A DNA stretch of 42,768 bases, from assembly GCA_039814655.1 (NCBI GenBank), contig JBCCAW010000002.1, positions 1 through 42,768 of the forward strand, read 5' to 3'. Positions 17,988 to 27,791 of this stretch are shown here, one piece after another. The DNA comes from Myxococcota bacterium. GTDB lineage: Bacteria; Myxococcota_A; Polyangia; Polyangiales; Houyiibacteriaceae. How positions within the stretch are numbered: position 1 is the first letter of the stretch; every line of letters begins with the position of its first letter. The notes beneath the pieces are model-generated. The model did no database searches. It was not told the origin of the DNA and saw only the letters and a program-made list of their open reading frames with translations. The position numbers were made by a program, and so were the translations under genes.

Positions 17988-18668
17988 ATGCGTACTTCCC
18001 CGACCCATCGCTCCATTCGCTCTCGTCGCCAGCAGCGCGTTGCCCGCCAACAGGGCGCCGCCATGCTCGTCGTGATGCTCGTGCTCCTCATGGGCACGGC
18101 CACGGGAATCTACGCGGCGCACCAGACCACCTTCGAGATTCGCGCGGCCGGGCATCTCCGCCAGGCCATGCAGACCGAATACGTGGGGCTCACCGGGGCG
18201 GCGGCGGCGCTGGGGTGGACGGACCAGTTCCGGGCGAGCGGACTCAACCAAGCCATGGAGCGGACGACGCAGCTGCAGGGGGGCGCGCCGGCGCTCGACC
18301 TCGCGCCCTTCGAGCCGCCCATGCTGCCGGGCAAGCGGGCCTACCGGCTCTACGCCGGTGACTTCGCGCTGGCCTTCCAGGGCACCATCACGGACCCGGA
18401 CGCATCGGCGGCGGCGCTCGGCGCGCACACGCCCTACGTGCCCACGCACACCGTGGACGTCTACGACGACTACCGGACCACGCGGCCCGTGCCCGGCGCA
18501 CCGGCCGACGGCCGGGCAGAGCTCGTCTACCTGAACGCCACCTACACGGCGCGCGGGCGCTCCGGCGTGCCGGGGCTCGCGGCCAACGTCGGCCCCGACG
18601 GCCGGCCCTTCTTCGAGGTGTCGAGCGATTCCCGCGCCTACGGGCGCTCCGGACCCATGGGCCTCTGA
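17988..18668 (+). CDS. pilX: PilX-like minor pilin / pilus assembly protein
   Basis: RQQGAAMLVVMLVLLMGTATGIYA is a PilX_N-type hydrophobic N-terminus lacking the G-F-T-x-x-E motif. It sits between the pilW-like and pilY1-like genes. Confidence 0.6.
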   Translation: MRTSPTHRSIRSRRQQRVARQQGAAMLVVMLVLLMGTATGIYAAHQTTFEIRAAGHLRQAMQTEYVGLTGAAAALGWTDQFRASGLNQAMERTTQLQGGAPALDLAPFEPPMLPGKRAYRLYAGDFALAFQGTITDPDASAAALGAHTPYVPTHTVDVYDDYRTTRPVPGAPADGRAELVYLNATYTARGRSGVPGLAANVGPDGRPFFEVSSDSRAYGRSGPMGL

Positions 18669-18679
18669 GGCGGATTGTC

Positions 18680-21600
18680 ATGAACGGACTCACCCAACAC
18701 ACGACCCGCCTGCTCGCAGCCCTCGGCCTCGCGCTCGCTTCGGCCAGCGTGGCGCCGACGCCGGCGGCGGCGCAGAACGACATCCGGGACATCCCGCCGC
18801 TGGTCACGCTCCTCGTCGACACGTCGAGCTCCATGCAGCGCCTCGGCGCCTGCGAGTGCGACACGTCGACGGATCCGGCGTGCCGGGGCTGCCTCCCGGA
18901 GTGCACCACGGGCACGCCGGAGCGGAACCGCTGGTGGACCGTCGTCGAGGCGCTGACGGGCACCTTCGCCGACTTCAGCTGCTCCGTCGAAGACCGGGAC
19001 GCGCCTTCCTACGCTGGCGAGCCCGACTACACGGACCCGATCCCGCACGTGCGCGCCGGCGGCATCGCGTGCCTGTCGAACTCGGACTGCCCCGGCGCGC
19101 TCACCTGCCTGAGCGACGGCGCAACGCAGGGTCTCTGCCAGGAAGAGGACGGCATTCTGGACATCTACCGCGAGCGCGTTCGCTTCGGGTTCATGACCTT
19201 CGACACCGGGGACACCTTCCTCAGCGGTCCGGGCATCAACATCGAGAACGAGCTCGTGACGCGCGCCCTTTACCAGTCGCGCATCGGCGAAGAGTCCACG
19301 GCCATGGGCACCTACTCCTACGGCGAGGCTCGGCCCTTCAGCTTCCCGGGCTGCGGTGAGCCCTACATGATCAACAACGGCGTCCGGACCTACCGGGCCG
19401 ACGGCGGCTCGCTCATCTCGAGCGGTCGCGAGGGCGTCGACGACCTCGTGACCATCAACCAGCTCATCCAGGAGTCGCTCCTGGACCCCTCGCTGCGCCC
19501 CACGGGGGCGACGCCAGTCGCGGGCATGCTCGAGGACCTCGACTTCTACTTCGACAACGACCCGGACGTGAGCCCCATTCGCGCCGGGACGCTCGGCTCC
19601 GGTGACCCCTTCAACGCCTGCCGCGCGCGCTACGCCATCCTGCTCACGGACGGAGCGCCGAACGCGGACATGCGCGACTCCACGGTCAACTGCGAAGCCA
19701 TGGGCAACGGCGTGGGCGAGCTCGGCTGCCCCTACGACACGCCGGTGAACACGGCGGCGCGCCTCGTCACCGAGGGCGACATCCAGGCGCTCTATGTCGT
19801 GGGCTTCAACGTGACGGCGGACAACTGCCCTTCCGGCGTGGCCGGGGACCGCTGCCGGCAGAACGCCGCGGACGCCATCGCCGAGCTCGATGCCATCGCC
19901 GACGCGGGCAACACGGGCTCGGCGATCTTCGCGGACGACCGGGCGACGCTGATCGCGGCGCTGGCAACCATCATCGACGAGTCGGCCCCGGGCACGACCT
20001 CGCGCACGCAGCCCGCCTTCGCGAACACTGGCTCCTCGACGGGCGCGGTGAACAGGCAGATTCAGCTCAACACGGGCTTCAACGTGTCCCGGGAGGCCGG
20101 CGAGCCCTGGACCGGCGTGCTCGAGCGGCGCCGCTTCGAGTGCGACGGGCTCACCGTGGAAGAGCAGCCCGTGCTTCCCACGGACCGCTTCCAGAACGTG
20201 TTGAACGCACAGACCGGCGCGCCGGGATCGGGCTCCGAACCGCGCCGCCTGCTGACCGTCGTGGCGCCCACGCTGCCGCCCTTCCTCGACTTCTACGGCG
20301 ACGGGCAGGCCGATCTCCAGGCGCGCTCCCCGACGCCGCCGCTCCCGCCGACGGGGCTGCCGACCAACGCGCTTCAGGTCGGGCTCGATCTGCAGGCCTT
20401 CGGGCTGAGCAACCCGGCGCTGACGCCGGAGGTGCTGGGCCTGGACGACCCGCTGCTCTCCGGGGCCGAGCAGCTGCTGGCGCTGCAGAACACCTTCGAG
20501 TGGATGCAGGGCCTCGCGGGGACCGCGCGTGACGGGCGACGGCTCGGCTCCATCGTGCATTCGTCGCCGGTGGTCGTCGGGCCCCCGAGCCTCGACATCG
20601 CCGACGAGGACTACAACCTCTTCCGCGAGCGCGTGGGCGAGCGGCCCACGGTGACCTATGTGGGCACCAACGACGGGCTAATGCACGCCTTCCTCACGGA
20701 GGACTACGAGGTGCCGGCCACGGACCCGGACTTCGCGGGCCTGAACATCACCGCGGGAACGGAGCTCTGGGGCTTCGTGCCGCCGGTGCTGCTGCGTCAG
20801 CTCCCGGACGTGCAGGACGCGCCGCGGGCCATGGTGGACGCCACGCCGGTCGTCCGCGACGTCTTCGACGCGCGGCTCCTCGGGCAGATCGCCTCCGGCG
20901 ACGCCTACCGCACGGTCATGGTCTCGGGCCTCCGGGCCGGCGCCCCGGCCTTCTTCGCCCTCGACGTCACGGACCCCTTCCGGCCCGAGTTCCTCTGGCA
21001 GTACACGGACCCGGGCATGCTCGGGGAGACCTACGGGGAGCCCACGCTGGCGCAGGTGCGCGTCGAGTTCGGGAGCGTGACCCACGAGCGCGGCATCGCG
21101 ATTCTCCCGGGCGGAAAGGGCACCCAGGACCTGACGCTCGGCGGCGTCGACCTGGACGGCGACGGCACGCCGGAGACCTCCCCGGCGTGCTCCGTTCCGG
21201 CGAACGCCGTGGGCCTCACGCCGGAGCGCGGGGAGGCCGGGCGCACCGACCGCCGCTGCTGGATGCCCGACGAGGGCCGGGCGCTGGTCATCCTGGACCT
21301 GGCCACCGGCGCCGTCCTCCGCTCCTGGGATGCCGCGACCTTCCCGGCGCCCCTCGCCGGCGGCGTCTCCGCCTTCCCCGGCGACACGGGCAACATCGCC
21401 ACGCGCGCCTTCGTGACCGACGAGGACGGCGTCATCTGGCGCATCGACCTGTCCGAACCGGACCCGGACGACTGGGAGGTCTCGGCCTTCTACGACATGT
21501 TCCATGGCCTGGGCTACGCGGCGGGTCAGCCGGCCTTCGGCCCGCCGGTGCTCAGCACCGACGAGGACGGCAACGTGGTCATCCTTCACGGCACCGGTGA

Positions 21601-22240
21601 CATCGACCGCCTCGAGAACCCGGGCGTTCGGAACCGCATCGTGTCCTTGACGGAGCAGATCACCTTCGACGACGCGACGGGGGCGGTGACGGATGTGGGC
21701 GCGCGCCTCAACTGGGAGATCACCCTGGACGAGGGCGAGCTCGTGACCGGGCCCCTGGAGCTCTTCAACGGGGAGGTCTTCTTCGGCACCTTCACGAGCA
21801 CCACGGACATCACCAACGCCTGCGAGTTCGGCTTCAGCCGCATCTGGGGCGTGCAGTATATCGAGAGCGAGCCGGCCGTGAGCACGGACCCGGCGCCGGC
21901 CCTCGAGTCCACGCCGGGGTCGGGCATCCAGGACGTGACGAACCTCGGCCCCGGCGACTCGCCGGGCCTCGACAACCGGCTCGTGCTCGGTGTGTCGGTC
22001 ACCGAGCGGCCCAACTGCGCGCTCCGCGACGAGGTCAGCGAAACGGACCCCTACATCGGCACACGACAGACCGTGCGTATGCGGCAGGTCGCGCCGCCGA
22101 CCTTCGAGCTCGTGGCTCAGCTCTCCGGCGGTCCCGGCGGGGGCGGTGCCGGCGGGGGCTCGGTGCAGGAGTTCAACCGTGAGCTGCCGCCGCCGGTCGG
22201 GTACACGACGCAACGCGCGCTCCTCGGCATCGTCGACTGA
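18680..22240 (+). CDS. pilY1: PilY1-like type IV pilus tip adhesin with N-terminal vWA domain
   Basis: 1186 aa. Signal peptide ..ASASVAPTPAAAQ. MIDAS DxSxS motif (LLVDTSSSM, D-T-S-S-S at 18818-18832). C-terminal beta-propeller-like region with a Ca-binding-like loop DLDGDGTPE (21149-21175). Position after the pilVWX-like genes supports the call. Confidence 0.8.
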   Translation: MNGLTQHTTRLLAALGLALASASVAPTPAAAQNDIRDIPPLVTLLVDTSSSMQRLGACECDTSTDPACRGCLPECTTGTPERNRWWTVVEALTGTFADFSCSVEDRDAPSYAGEPDYTDPIPHVRAGGIACLSNSDCPGALTCLSDGATQGLCQEEDGILDIYRERVRFGFMTFDTGDTFLSGPGINIENELVTRALYQSRIGEESTAMGTYSYGEARPFSFPGCGEPYMINNGVRTYRADGGSLISSGREGVDDLVTINQLIQESLLDPSLRPTGATPVAGMLEDLDFYFDNDPDVSPIRAGTLGSGDPFNACRARYAILLTDGAPNADMRDSTVNCEAMGNGVGELGCPYDTPVNTAARLVTEGDIQALYVVGFNVTADNCPSGVAGDRCRQNAADAIAELDAIADAGNTGSAIFADDRATLIAALATIIDESAPGTTSRTQPAFANTGSSTGAVNRQIQLNTGFNVSREAGEPWTGVLERRRFECDGLTVEEQPVLPTDRFQNVLNAQTGAPGSGSEPRRLLTVVAPTLPPFLDFYGDGQADLQARSPTPPLPPTGLPTNALQVGLDLQAFGLSNPALTPEVLGLDDPLLSGAEQLLALQNTFEWMQGLAGTARDGRRLGSIVHSSPVVVGPPSLDIADEDYNLFRERVGERPTVTYVGTNDGLMHAFLTEDYEVPATDPDFAGLNITAGTELWGFVPPVLLRQLPDVQDAPRAMVDATPVVRDVFDARLLGQIASGDAYRTVMVSGLRAGAPAFFALDVTDPFRPEFLWQYTDPGMLGETYGEPTLAQVRVEFGSVTHERGIAILPGGKGTQDLTLGGVDLDGDGTPETSPACSVPANAVGLTPERGEAGRTDRRCWMPDEGRALVILDLATGAVLRSWDAATFPAPLAGGVSAFPGDTGNIATRAFVTDEDGVIWRIDLSEPDPDDWEVSAFYDMFHGLGYAAGQPAFGPPVLSTDEDGNVVILHGTGDIDRLENPGVRNRIVSLTEQITFDDATGAVTDVGARLNWEITLDEGELVTGPLELFNGEVFFGTFTSTTDITNACEFGFSRIWGVQYIESEPAVSTDPAPALESTPGSGIQDVTNLGPGDSPGLDNRLVLGVSVTERPNCALRDEVSETDPYIGTRQTVRMRQVAPPTFELVAQLSGGPGGGGAGGGSVQEFNRELPPPVGYTTQRALLGIVD

Positions 22241-22277
22241 GGTCGACTCCGCGCGCGCCGCAGCGCATGCTCGATGC

Positions 22278-22826
22278 GTGCGTGGAGTCATCTCGCCCCT
22301 CGGAGGCGGCAGCGGCCTGGCGGCCCTGCTGCTCGTGGTGACGGCCTGCGGCGGCGACGCGGTGGTGACGCCTCGGCCGCCGCCGGCTCCCGTGGTCGAA
22401 GCGGCTCCCGAACCGGGTCCGCGCGCGCCCAGCGCCGATGCGCTCTACGACGCGGAGGGCGCACTCCTCGAGAGCGAAGAGATCATCGCGGGCCTCACGC
22501 TGCCGCGCGGGCTCACGCTCCTCGCCCAGCGCGAGAGGCACCACAGCTTCGAGTCCCGGGTGCCCCGGCCCAAGCTCGTCGCCTACTTCGGGCCCCGGCT
22601 CTTCACCGGCGCCGTGGAGCCGCTCGCCGACGGCGCCATCTACCGCGCCGCCATCCCGCGCGGCGTGCGCGAGGACCAGGCGGTCAAGCTCGACGTGTCC
22701 ATCGTGCCGGCCTCGAACGGCCGGACACGCGTGGAGATTCACGCCATCCCGCCGCTGCCGGCCGATGGCGTGACCACGGAGGAGCGGCTTCGGCGCTACC
22801 GCGAGAAGCTCCGCTACGACCCGTGA
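22278..22826 (+). CDS. Lipoprotein of unknown function
   Basis: GTG 22278 gives VRGVISPLGGGSGLAALLLVVTACGGD (lipobox VTAC). It lies 38 nt after pilY1, and its stop overlaps the recF start (GTGA). Confidence 0.5.
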   Translation: MRGVISPLGGGSGLAALLLVVTACGGDAVVTPRPPPAPVVEAAPEPGPRAPSADALYDAEGALLESEEIIAGLTLPRGLTLLAQRERHHSFESRVPRPKLVAYFGPRLFTGAVEPLADGAIYRAAIPRGVREDQAVKLDVSIVPASNGRTRVEIHAIPPLPADGVTTEERLRRYREKLRYDP

Positions 22827-23935
22827 GCGCGACGCCGCTCCGCATCGAGGGGGTTCAGCTTCGCGGCTGGCGAAACCTGGCCCCGACGACGCTCCGGCCG
22901 GGCCCGGCGTTCAACGTGGTCCATGGCGACAACGGGGCCGGCAAGTCGAACCTGCTCGAGGCCCTGGCCTACCTCGGCGCGCTGAAGAGCTTCCGCGGCG
23001 CGCGCACGGACGACCTCATCGGCCTCGGCCACGACGCGGCCGCCGTGGAGGCCAAGGTGAGCGGCGAGGCTGCGCCGCGGCGCTTCCGGCTGGCCCTCGG
23101 GCGCGGCGTACCGCGGCGGCTCCAGCTCGATGGCAAGCGTCCCCGGGCCCTCGGCGCCTGGCACCAGGCGCTCCAGCTCGTGCTCTTTCACCCCGGCGAC
23201 CTGGAGCTCGCGGCCGGTCCGGCGGAGCCGCGACGCGCCTTCCTCGACCGCATTCTCGAGCAGCTCGACGCTGCCTACGGAAGGGCGCTCCAGAGCTACG
23301 GCAAAGCGCTGCGGAGCCGGAACCGGCTGCTGAAGGACGAGGACGCGGACCCGCGGCAGATTCGCGCCTACGACCAGGTGCTCGCCCAGGCCGGGGCCAT
23401 CGTGGGGCAGGCGCGCGCCGCCATGGTGGACGACCTGGCCCCGCGGGCCGAGAAGGCCTTCCGCGAGGTGGCCGGCGAGGTGCTGCCGCTCCGCGTGCGC
23501 TACGCGCCCAAGGTCCCGCCGGAGCCGGAGGCCATTCGCGACGCGCTGGCCCGGGACTTCGCCAAGGACCGCGCCCGGGGCTTCACCGGCGCGGGACCGC
23601 ATGGCGACGAGCTGGCCCTCGAGGTCCGCGCGGGCATCGGCGACGCGACGCAGACCGCGCGGCACCACGCCTCCCAGGGCCAGCAGCGGGCGCTCGTGCT
23701 GGCCCTGAAGGTCGCCGAACTACAGCTGCTGACGGCGCGCACGGGCCGCGTGCCCGTGCTGCTCCTCGACGACGTGTCGAGCGAGCTCGACCGCTCGCGC
23801 AACCGGCGCTTCTTCGCGCTGCTGCGCACGCTCGGCGGCCAGGTCTTCCTGAGCACCACGCACCCGGAGTTCATCCTCCTCGAGGACGACCGCGTGGACT
23901 TTCACGTCGAGGCCGGGAGCATCACGCGGGCATAG
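22823..23935 (+). CDS. recF: DNA replication and repair protein RecF
   Basis: [14 protein letters not shown], Walker [15 protein letters not shown], signature [16 protein letters not shown], and Walker [15 protein letters not shown]. 370 aa from GTG 22823. Confidence 0.85.
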   Translation: MSATPLRIEGVQLRGWRNLAPTTLRPGPAFNVVHGDNGAGKSNLLEALAYLGALKSFRGARTDDLIGLGHDAAAVEAKVSGEAAPRRFRLALGRGVPRRLQLDGKRPRALGAWHQALQLVLFHPGDLELAAGPAEPRRAFLDRILEQLDAAYGRALQSYGKALRSRNRLLKDEDADPRQIRAYDQVLAQAGAIVGQARAAMVDDLAPRAEKAFREVAGEVLPLRVRYAPKVPPEPEAIRDALARDFAKDRARGFTGAGPHGDELALEVRAGIGDATQTARHHASQGQQRALVLALKVAELQLLTARTGRVPVLLLDDVSSELDRSRNRRFFALLRTLGGQVFLSTTHPEFILLEDDRVDFHVEAGSITRA

Positions 23936-25400
23936 GCGGCAGGCTCGAGGGCGTCGACGCCGGCTCGACCCGCGCAATCTCGGCAACGAGTGCTGCGTCC
24001 GGGTTGAGCGTCTGGAAGAAGCGCCGGCGGAAGACGCCCTTCCGCGTCACGAGCTGCGCGGCGAGCTCGTCGATGGCGCGGACGCTCATCACCGTCTGCA
24101 CGTAGGCCTCGATCATGTCGTCGAGGCCGACGCCGAGCTTGTTGAAGTCCCGGCTGTCGAAGAGCACGAGCCGTTCGGTCTCCGAGTCCCAGCCGCCGTC
24201 GTCTCGCTTCACCGAGAGGTTCGTGCCGAGCATGTCCCAGGAGGAGGCGCCACCCCGGAGCTCGAGCTCGAGGGGCGTGCGCGCGCGGCGCGCATACATG
24301 GCGACGGGAAAGAAGCCTTCGGGTCCATTGCCGACCATCATGCGGAGGTCCGCGGCGAAGATGCGCCCGCGCTTATCCGGCACCGTTCCCACGTGATAGA
24401 GGCGACCGGCCTCACTCCGGGAGCTCCAGCCGAGGTTGCCGATGAGCGCCTGCACGATGAACACGTCGTAGGCCTGCTCACTGTCCATGAAGGCCTCGAG
24501 CTCGTCGGGGCCCGTGATCGTGTAGACGCCCTGGCCGGCGTTCGAATAGGGGTTCTTCACCACGGCGACGCCGCCCATGCGCTGCACCCAGAGCGGCACC
24601 TCGCTCCGGGACACGTCCCAGATGGTCTCCGGCGTGCGGATGCGAAGGCCTCGCTCCTGCCGGCTCGCGTTGAAGAGGTCGTAGGCCTTGCTCGCCAGGA
24701 GCTTGTTCCGGCCGCCGGCGAGGCACACCAGCACCGGGTTGAAGATGCGCGTGCGGACCACCGGCGGGATGCGCTGCCAGGGCTGCTGGGTGACGTAGCG
24801 GAGCGCGGCGCGCATGGGACGCCAGGTGCCCTCCAGGCGCACCTCGAGGACCCCCTGGGTGAAGCGATGAAAGCACTCCTGGCCGCGAAAGCAGGGCGTG
24901 AGCACGACCTCTTCGCCGGTGAGCTCGGCCAATGCCGCGGCGTAGCCCGACGCCTCCATGAGGTTCTTGTCGTAGAGCACGGCGAGTCCGCCGGCCGGGA
25001 GCTTCCGCTTCTCCTTGAGCATGGGGAGGAAGGCGCGCGTGAGGAGGCGCCGGTAACCGGCGAGCTCGTCGGCCTCGTCGGGAACGGGCATGGACTTTTG
25101 CCCCGAGGGACAGCTGTTGGTCTCGATGACGACGATACGGCGCGCGCCCCGCTCGGAGCTGGTCAGGAAAAGATCCGCCCCGCCCCAGCGGAAGTGCTCC
25201 GTTGGCGCGAGCAGCACGGCCTCCACGGCAACCCGGTCCGCCTCCGGATGAAGGTGGAGGTAGCGCTCGGCGATGCGCCGGTTCCCGAGGTTCAGGAAGT
25301 GCCGAACCAACGGGTGAAGCTGAGCGTTCAGCACGCGCGGATAGAAATGCGCAGAAGGCTCGAAGTCGCCGGAGCGGAACACGCGGGGAGCCGTGGTCAT
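23922..25400 (-). CDS. ATP-grasp-like ligase (weak TTL/RimK-superfamily resemblance), function unknown
   Basis: 492 aa from ATG 25400, with GGAGG 7 nt upstream. ATP-grasp-like string: [43 protein letters not shown] (resembles the TTL-type HLTN motif). No canonical E-x-N motif was found. Confidence 0.45.
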   Translation of the reverse strand: MTTAPRVFRSGDFEPSAHFYPRVLNAQLHPLVRHFLNLGNRRIAERYLHLHPEADRVAVEAVLLAPTEHFRWGGADLFLTSSERGARRIVVIETNSCPSGQKSMPVPDEADELAGYRRLLTRAFLPMLKEKRKLPAGGLAVLYDKNLMEASGYAAALAELTGEEVVLTPCFRGQECFHRFTQGVLEVRLEGTWRPMRAALRYVTQQPWQRIPPVVRTRIFNPVLVCLAGGRNKLLASKAYDLFNASRQERGLRIRTPETIWDVSRSEVPLWVQRMGGVAVVKNPYSNAGQGVYTITGPDELEAFMDSEQAYDVFIVQALIGNLGWSSRSEAGRLYHVGTVPDKRGRIFAADLRMMVGNGPEGFFPVAMYARRARTPLELELRGGASSWDMLGTNLSVKRDDGGWDSETERLVLFDSRDFNKLGVGLDDMIEAYVQTVMSVRAIDELAAQLVTRKGVFRRRFFQTLNPDAALVAEIARVEPASTPSSLPPMPA

Positions 25401-25455
25401 GGCGTCCCTCCTCTGTTGCCGCGGACGGTCTCCGATTCCCTCAGGACGCACAAGC

Positions 25456-25463
25456 ACTATGCT
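25456..25463. promoter_or_regulatory. Overlapping face-to-face -10-like boxes (minus CATAGT 25456-25461; plus TATGCT 25458-25463) in the 90-nt divergent spacer
   Basis: The plus strand reads gcACTATGCTgcc. The minus-strand box lies about 55 nt upstream of ATG 25400. The plus-strand box lies 27 nt upstream of ATG 25491. Both genes have SD-like boxes. Confidence 0.3.
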
Positions 25464-25490
25464 GCCGCGCTCCGAGGGGGAGCCACGCTC

Positions 25491-26492
25491 ATGTCGTCCT
25501 GGATCGAAACCCATGCCCGCGGCGCCTTCGAAGAGGTGGCGGAGCTCGACGTCGCGGCGCTCTCACCGGGGCGCCACCACCTGGCCGTCGCGCTCATCTC
25601 CGACGGGACGAGCCAGCCCGTGCGGGCGCCGGTCATCGTGGTGAAGGGCGCGGCCGGGCCCGGCCCGGTCTTCGGGCTCACGGCCGCCGTGCACGGCAAC
25701 GAGCTGAACGGCATCCCGACGATTCACCGCCTGATGCGCACCATCGACCCGGCGACGCTCGAGGGCACGCTCGTCGGCGTGACCATCGTGAACGTGCCGG
25801 GCTATCTCCGACATGAGCGCCTCTTTCCCGACGCCCGGGACCTGAACCGGGTGATGCCGGGCAAGGACGCGGGGCGGGAGTCCTCGGTGTACGCGCATCG
25901 GTTGATGGAGCGCATTCTGTCCAAGCTCGACGTGCTCATCGACCTTCACACGGCGAGCTTCGGCCGGGTCAACACGCTCTACGTGCGGGCAGACATGCGC
26001 GATCCGGCCACGGCCATGCTCGCGCGTACGATCGGCCCACAGATCATCGTGCACAACGAAGGCGCCGACGGGACCGTGCGCTCGAGCGTGGCGGACCGGG
26101 GCGTCCCGGCGATCACCGTGGAGATCGGCGACCCGCAGATCATCGACCGAGACAAGGTGCGCGAGGCGCGCATCGGCATCCGCGACTGCCTCGAGAACAT
26201 GGGCATGGTGCCGCCGGACGCGCAGGAGGCGCCGGAGACGGCCATCGAATGCGTGCGCAGCTACTGGCTCTACACGGACGCCGGCGGCTTCCTCGAGGTT
26301 CGGGCGCCCCTCGGTTCCCGCGTGGCGGAAGGCGCGGTCATCGCGACGTTGATGGACCCCTGGGGAGGACTGCTCCGCACCTACCGCGCGCCGGAGGCCG
26401 GGGTGGTCGTCGGCCGAAGCACCAACCCCGTCGCCTCGAGCGGCGCGCGGATCCTGCACCTGGGCATCGAGGGCCGCCCGGGCCAGGGCTGA
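25491..26492 (+). CDS. Succinylglutamate desuccinylase / aspartoacylase (AstE/AspA) family zinc hydrolase (M14-like)
   Basis: 333 aa from ATG 25491. Zinc-ligand pattern VHGNELNG (HxxE), DLNRVMPG, and IDLHTA (second His). GAGGGGGAG SD-like box upstream. Confidence 0.8.
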   Translation: MSSWIETHARGAFEEVAELDVAALSPGRHHLAVALISDGTSQPVRAPVIVVKGAAGPGPVFGLTAAVHGNELNGIPTIHRLMRTIDPATLEGTLVGVTIVNVPGYLRHERLFPDARDLNRVMPGKDAGRESSVYAHRLMERILSKLDVLIDLHTASFGRVNTLYVRADMRDPATAMLARTIGPQIIVHNEGADGTVRSSVADRGVPAITVEIGDPQIIDRDKVREARIGIRDCLENMGMVPPDAQEAPETAIECVRSYWLYTDAGGFLEVRAPLGSRVAEGAVIATLMDPWGGLLRTYRAPEAGVVVGRSTNPVASSGARILHLGIEGRPGQG

Positions 26493-26514
26493 CGCCCATC
26501 ACCGGCCGCGCGAG

Positions 26515-27543
26515 TTAGCTCGAGCGGACGGCCAAGCGGTCGGCCACGGCCTTCAGCAGGGTCACACCCTCCGCCGAAAAGGGCGCGCCCTCGAGGGCGC
26601 CGTGGGCCGCGGCGAGGAGCGTCTTCAGCCGCGCCTCGACGTTGGCCTTGGCGCCGCTCGAGACGAGGAGCGCCGAGGCGGCTTCGAGGGCCGGCTCGGA
26701 GCGATCCTGTCCGCCGATGACCTGGTCGAGGGCGTCGCGCTGGCCCGCCGGGAGCAGGCGCTCGGCCTCGGCGACGAGACAGGTGCGCTTGCCGTTGCGG
26801 AGGTCGTTGCCGGGCTTTCCCGTGGCGCCCTGGTCGCCGAAGGTGCCGAGCAGATCGTCGGCGAGCTGAAAGGCCTCGCCGAGGGGGTTTCCGTAGGCGA
26901 GGAACGCCGCCATGGCCTCGGCGCTCGCGTCGCCGAGCAGACCGCCGAGGCGCAGGGGCCCGCGCACCGTGTAGGAGCCGGTCTTCAGGTCGTGCATGCG
27001 CGAGACGTCGGGGTTGGCCGTGAGATCGAGGTGATGGCCGAGGATGACTTCCTTCTGGATGCGGAGGAACGCCTCCATGGCCTCGCCGCGCCGGGCGGCG
27101 GGGAAGGGCGCCTCGACGAAGAGCTCGAAGGCGTAGGCGCTGCCGATGTCGCCGGCGAGAATGGCGAGGCTGTCGGCGAGGTGGCCTTCGTGGCGGTCGC
27201 GGAAGGCCGCGTGCACCGCGGGGCCGCCGCGGCGCTCGTCGTCCTGGTCCATCCAGTCGTCGTGGATCAGTAGGTAGCTCTGGAGCAGCTCGAGGGCTGC
27301 GCCGGCGCTCACGGTGTCGCTCAGCGGGCGCTCCGGGGCGACGCACGCCGTGGCCGCCGCGAGCACGACGGGGCGGAAGCGCTTGCCGCCGCGAAGCGTG
27401 AGGTCGCGAATTCCCTCGACGAGCTCGACGCTCTCCGGGGAGATGGCCGTGGCTTCGGCCACCTTGAGCTCGAAGTAGGCGGCAAGCTTCGCGTCCACGA
27501 GGTCGCGAACGCGGGGGAGAAAGTCGGCGAGGGTCTCGGACAT
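26515..27543 (-). CDS. Polyprenyl diphosphate synthase (GGPP/FPP synthase family)
   Basis: First Asp-rich motif LLIHDDWMDQDDERRG, second Asp-rich motif FQLADDLLG, and GKRFRP near the N-terminus. Confidence 0.85.
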   Translation of the reverse strand: MSETLADFLPRVRDLVDAKLAAYFELKVAEATAISPESVELVEGIRDLTLRGGKRFRPVVLAAATACVAPERPLSDTVSAGAALELLQSYLLIHDDWMDQDDERRGGPAVHAAFRDRHEGHLADSLAILAGDIGSAYAFELFVEAPFPAARRGEAMEAFLRIQKEVILGHHLDLTANPDVSRMHDLKTGSYTVRGPLRLGGLLGDASAEAMAAFLAYGNPLGEAFQLADDLLGTFGDQGATGKPGNDLRNGKRTCLVAEAERLLPAGQRDALDQVIGGQDRSEPALEAASALLVSSGAKANVEARLKTLLAAAHGALEGAPFSAEGVTLLKAVADRLAVRSS

Positions 27544-27791
27544 GGGGCGCTCCGGGGCGGCGCGAGGGCAGGCCTGGGGCCGGGCAGGCGAGCTGCGGCG
27601 CGCGAGGCGCGGGCGTAGCCTTCGACGTGCCCGTGGGCAAGGGCGCTTCGGCCCCTGCGGCTCGCGACCGCGGGAGCGCAGCTCGGCCCGCGCTCGTCAC
27701 GGTCCGGCGGGGCGCCGCTTGCGTCACACCGCCGGCTGGTGGACGTCATCGTGCGGCCCCACGGTCCCCTCCCATGAGCCGCGGAGACACC

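Noticed and set aside
18638-22291. Two long minus-strand ORFs (640 aa and 537 aa) opposite pilY1
   Set aside because: They are antisense to a gene with a signal peptide, a MIDAS motif and operon context. Their composition is Arg/Gly/Ala/Val-biased and they have no motifs.
22274-23935. 553-aa version of recF starting at 22274
   Set aside because: The first roughly 183 residues are Arg/Ala/Pro-rich and overlap the lipoprotein ORF in another frame. The RecF-like sequence starts at [10 protein letters not shown] (GTG 22823).
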